Positions 62,418-64,000 of a DNA stretch of 64,000 nucleotides are shown piece by piece. This DNA comes from Deltaproteobacteria bacterium (GTDB lineage Bacteria > Myxococcota_A > Polyangia > Fen-1088): contig JANRKS010000006.1 of the NCBI GenBank assembly GCA_033763315.1, positions 192,001-256,000 of the forward strand. The letters are read 5' to 3'. Below the pieces are notes generated by a model. It made no database searches and was not told the origin of the DNA. It saw only the letters and a program-made list of their open reading frames with translations. A program made the position numbers and the translations under genes. Position 1 is the first letter of the stretch; each line of letters opens with the position of its first letter.

Positions 62418-62490
62418 GGGCGCGTAGCTCAACTGGTAGAGCAGCGGACTCTTAATCCGTTGGTTCGGGGTTCGATTCCCTGCGCGCCCA
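62418..62490 (+). tRNA. tRNA-Lys(CUU), CCA not encoded
   Basis: Acceptor GGGCGCG/CGCGCCC; anticodon loop CTCTTAA; T loop GTTCGAT. Confidence 0.93.
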
Positions 62491-62537
62491 CACTTTTTGT
62501 TAGGCCAGCGGCTTAGGCGCGGCCTTCTTCGCGCGGT

Positions 62538-63029
62538 TCACGCTTTCATCTGCCGAAGGGCTTCTTCGAGCACGGCCAGCGCAAGCTTATCCTTGTTGTG
62601 CGGCGACTTTCGTTTGTTGCGAACGATCAGCTCCAGGCTCAGGACCCGCAATGGTCGCCCCGCAAAATCGATGCATACGGAGTGGGGCAGCAGGTCGTCG
62701 TAAGTCATGCGGTCCTCAATGGCGCCCAAGCAGTCGAGGGGTCCGAGATCCGTCGAAAACAGAGAGTGTCCTTCTGTGGCAAGAGCGGCCGGACTGGGGA
62801 GCAAGCGGTTGCTCGTTGGCCGGCCTCGATAGCAGGCATTTAACGCGGCCAGCGCCCGCATCAATGCTTCCAGGTTTGCCGGCGTGCGAGCATGGACGAT
62901 GTCGACGTCGTGGGTTGTGAGCGGGGCGCCCTGGGCCACGGCCGCAAGGGCGCCCACCAGGATGAACTGAACGTCATGGGCCAACAGCACGTCCAAAATC
63001 GAAGTTAGATCAACCGTGTTTGTCGCCAT
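62538..63029 (-). CDS. Nucleotidyltransferase-fold protein (DUF6036/AbiEii-like), putative TA component
   Basis: FILVGALAAVAQGAPLTTHDVDI (G..DxD NTase motif), LDCL, C-terminal K....KD. Confidence 0.75.
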   Translation of the reverse strand: MATNTVDLTSILDVLLAHDVQFILVGALAAVAQGAPLTTHDVDIVHARTPANLEALMRALAALNACYRGRPTSNRLLPSPAALATEGHSLFSTDLGPLDCLGAIEDRMTYDDLLPHSVCIDFAGRPLRVLSLELIVRNKRKSPHNKDKLALAVLEEALRQMKA

Positions 63030-63201
63030 TATTTCCGAGCTTAAACGCTTCACGGAGCCGCAGAGCGAGGTTGGCCATTCGATCGTTTTGGCGAAGCCGA
63101 TCTTGGACCGAAAGGCGAAGCGTGGCTTCGACCAGCGTCCGATCAACGACCGGGGCCGGTTCGGCGGTCCGAGGCGGTTGTTCGGGGACGAGCGATTTCA
63201 C
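63010..63201 (-). CDS. Small (63 aa) partner protein of the nucleotidyltransferase, putative antitoxin
   Basis: VDRTLVEATLRLSVQDRLRQND helix; 20-nt overlap with the NTase start; GTG 63201 preceded by TGGCACCAT. Confidence 0.55.
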   Translation of the reverse strand: MKSLVPEQPPRTAEPAPVVDRTLVEATLRLSVQDRLRQNDRMANLALRLREAFKLGNNGDKHG

Positions 63202-63291
63202 CGGCTTATGGTGCCAAGTCAGTCCTGGGCATGCAACCGGAACCGGTGCGGGGGAGCGTGGCCTGCGTTGAGGTAGACACCGCATCGGACT

Positions 63292-63341
63292 AGCGGACTC
63301 CTAATCCGTTGGTTCGGGGTTCGATTCCCTGCGCATCCACA
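63292..63341 (+). repeat. Duplicated 3' half of tRNA-Lys (att-like site)
   Basis: AGCGGACTCCTAATCCGTTGGTTCGGGGTTCGATTCCCTGCGCATCCACA vs the tRNA copy: 3 mismatches. Confidence 0.9.
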
Positions 63342-63364
63342 AAGAGTTGCCTGTGGCACCTAAA

Positions 63365-64000
63365 TCACCTGGCCAGAGACGTCACATGGTTCGCGAGATT
63401 TGCGACGGGGTGGAACTGGTAGGCGTTGCCGCGTTTGCTTCTGTAGAAAATGCCCAACGCCTCCATTTCCAAAAGGTCCGCACGAGCGGTTTGATACACA
63501 ACGCCGTGAAGATTCTGATGAACATCGATACGCATGGGTGTCTCGGGGTGTTTGAGGGCGCTTCGAAGGGCGGCCAGCTGCCGGTGGTTCAATCGCGAAC
63601 GCAAGACAGGCGAATTGGCGATCATCCTTTCGGTGTCGTGTTGTTCAGCCGACTTGCGTGCGATGTACGCATGCAGCGCCGCTATGGCGCGGCGGATCGT
63701 GCTCAGCTGGTGGATGATGAAGTAGGTGGTATCGCCGTGGTCGGATTCTGTATGAAGGTAGGCTCGAACGTATTTCGCGGGAGCTTGCTTGATGATGTGA
63801 GAGATCGATACAAACTCCATAAGCCAATAACCGCTCCTCGCCATCTGCCAATAGAAAAGCGCACGAGCCGTGCGGCCGTTGCCGTCGACGAAAGGATGAT
63901 CGTATCCGATCATGAAATGCAAAAGGATCGCGCGGATTACCGGGTGTACGAAGGGTTGACTGTTTTCGTCGGCATTCGCGAACGCACAAAGCTCTTCAAG
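63365..64000 (-). CDS. Fic family protein with probable C-terminal winged HTH (5' part outside window)
   Basis: HPVIRAILLHF...HPFVDGNGRTAR Fic motif; VVYQTARADL..M...G wHTH-like; frame open to window end. Confidence 0.92.
   Translation of the reverse strand, partial: LEELCAFANADENSQPFVHPVIRAILLHFMIGYDHPFVDGNGRTARALFYWQMARSGYWLMEFVSISHIIKQAPAKYVRAYLHTESDHGDTTYFIIHQLSTIRRAIAALHAYIARKSAEQHDTERMIANSPVLRSRLNHRQLAALRSALKHPETPMRIDVHQNLHGVVYQTARADLLEMEALGIFYRSKRGNAYQFHPVANLANHVTSLAR

Larger units (their letters stand above)
62443..63341. mobile_element. Integrase-less genomic islet inserted at tRNA-Lys
   Basis: Direct repeat 62443-62492 / 63292-63341 (47 of 50 identical) encloses two minus-strand genes. 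Confidence 0.75.

Noticed and set aside
63292-63341. A third functional tRNA gene (Arg CCU)
   Set aside because: There is no canonical 5' half, so it is better explained as an att-type duplication of tRNA-Lys

Overview
GC-rich bacterial chromosome segment, most consistent with Myxococcota (inferred from the gene families present). From left to right it carries: (1) the rpoN-hpf-ptsN-hprK-rapZ-EIIA-HPr-EI regulatory PTS cluster; (2) a lipoprotein plus TonB-dependent receptor; (3) a complete alternative complex III (actA-G), SCO and A2-type caa3 oxidase operon; (4) TPR, TIGR04551-like beta-barrel, mce, nagZ and korAB genes; (5) a DUF4175/TPR-peptidase/MoxR/DUF58/BatA-vWA cluster split by an inverted GT-C gene; (6) an ECF sigma factor, a long transglycosylase and PBP1A; (7) a sulfatase-like protein, a giant TPR protein, an MXAN_5187-like receptor, a cupredoxin-like protein and queF; (8) a 2xExbB + 2xExbD motor operon with a HEAT lipoprotein; (9) tRNA-Arg(UCG) and tRNA-Lys(CUU), followed by an integrase-less ~850-bp islet (small protein + nucleotidyltransferase) bounded by a duplicated tRNA-Lys 3' half, then a Fic gene running off the window. 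The most notable observations are the tRNA-fragment-delimited toxin-antitoxin-like cassettes, the duplicated-stator motor with a candidate sigma54 promoter and palindromic enhancer, a recurring leaderless-mRNA signature, and several proteins with degenerate catalytic or metal sites. All calls come from reading motifs by eye; no database searches were run.
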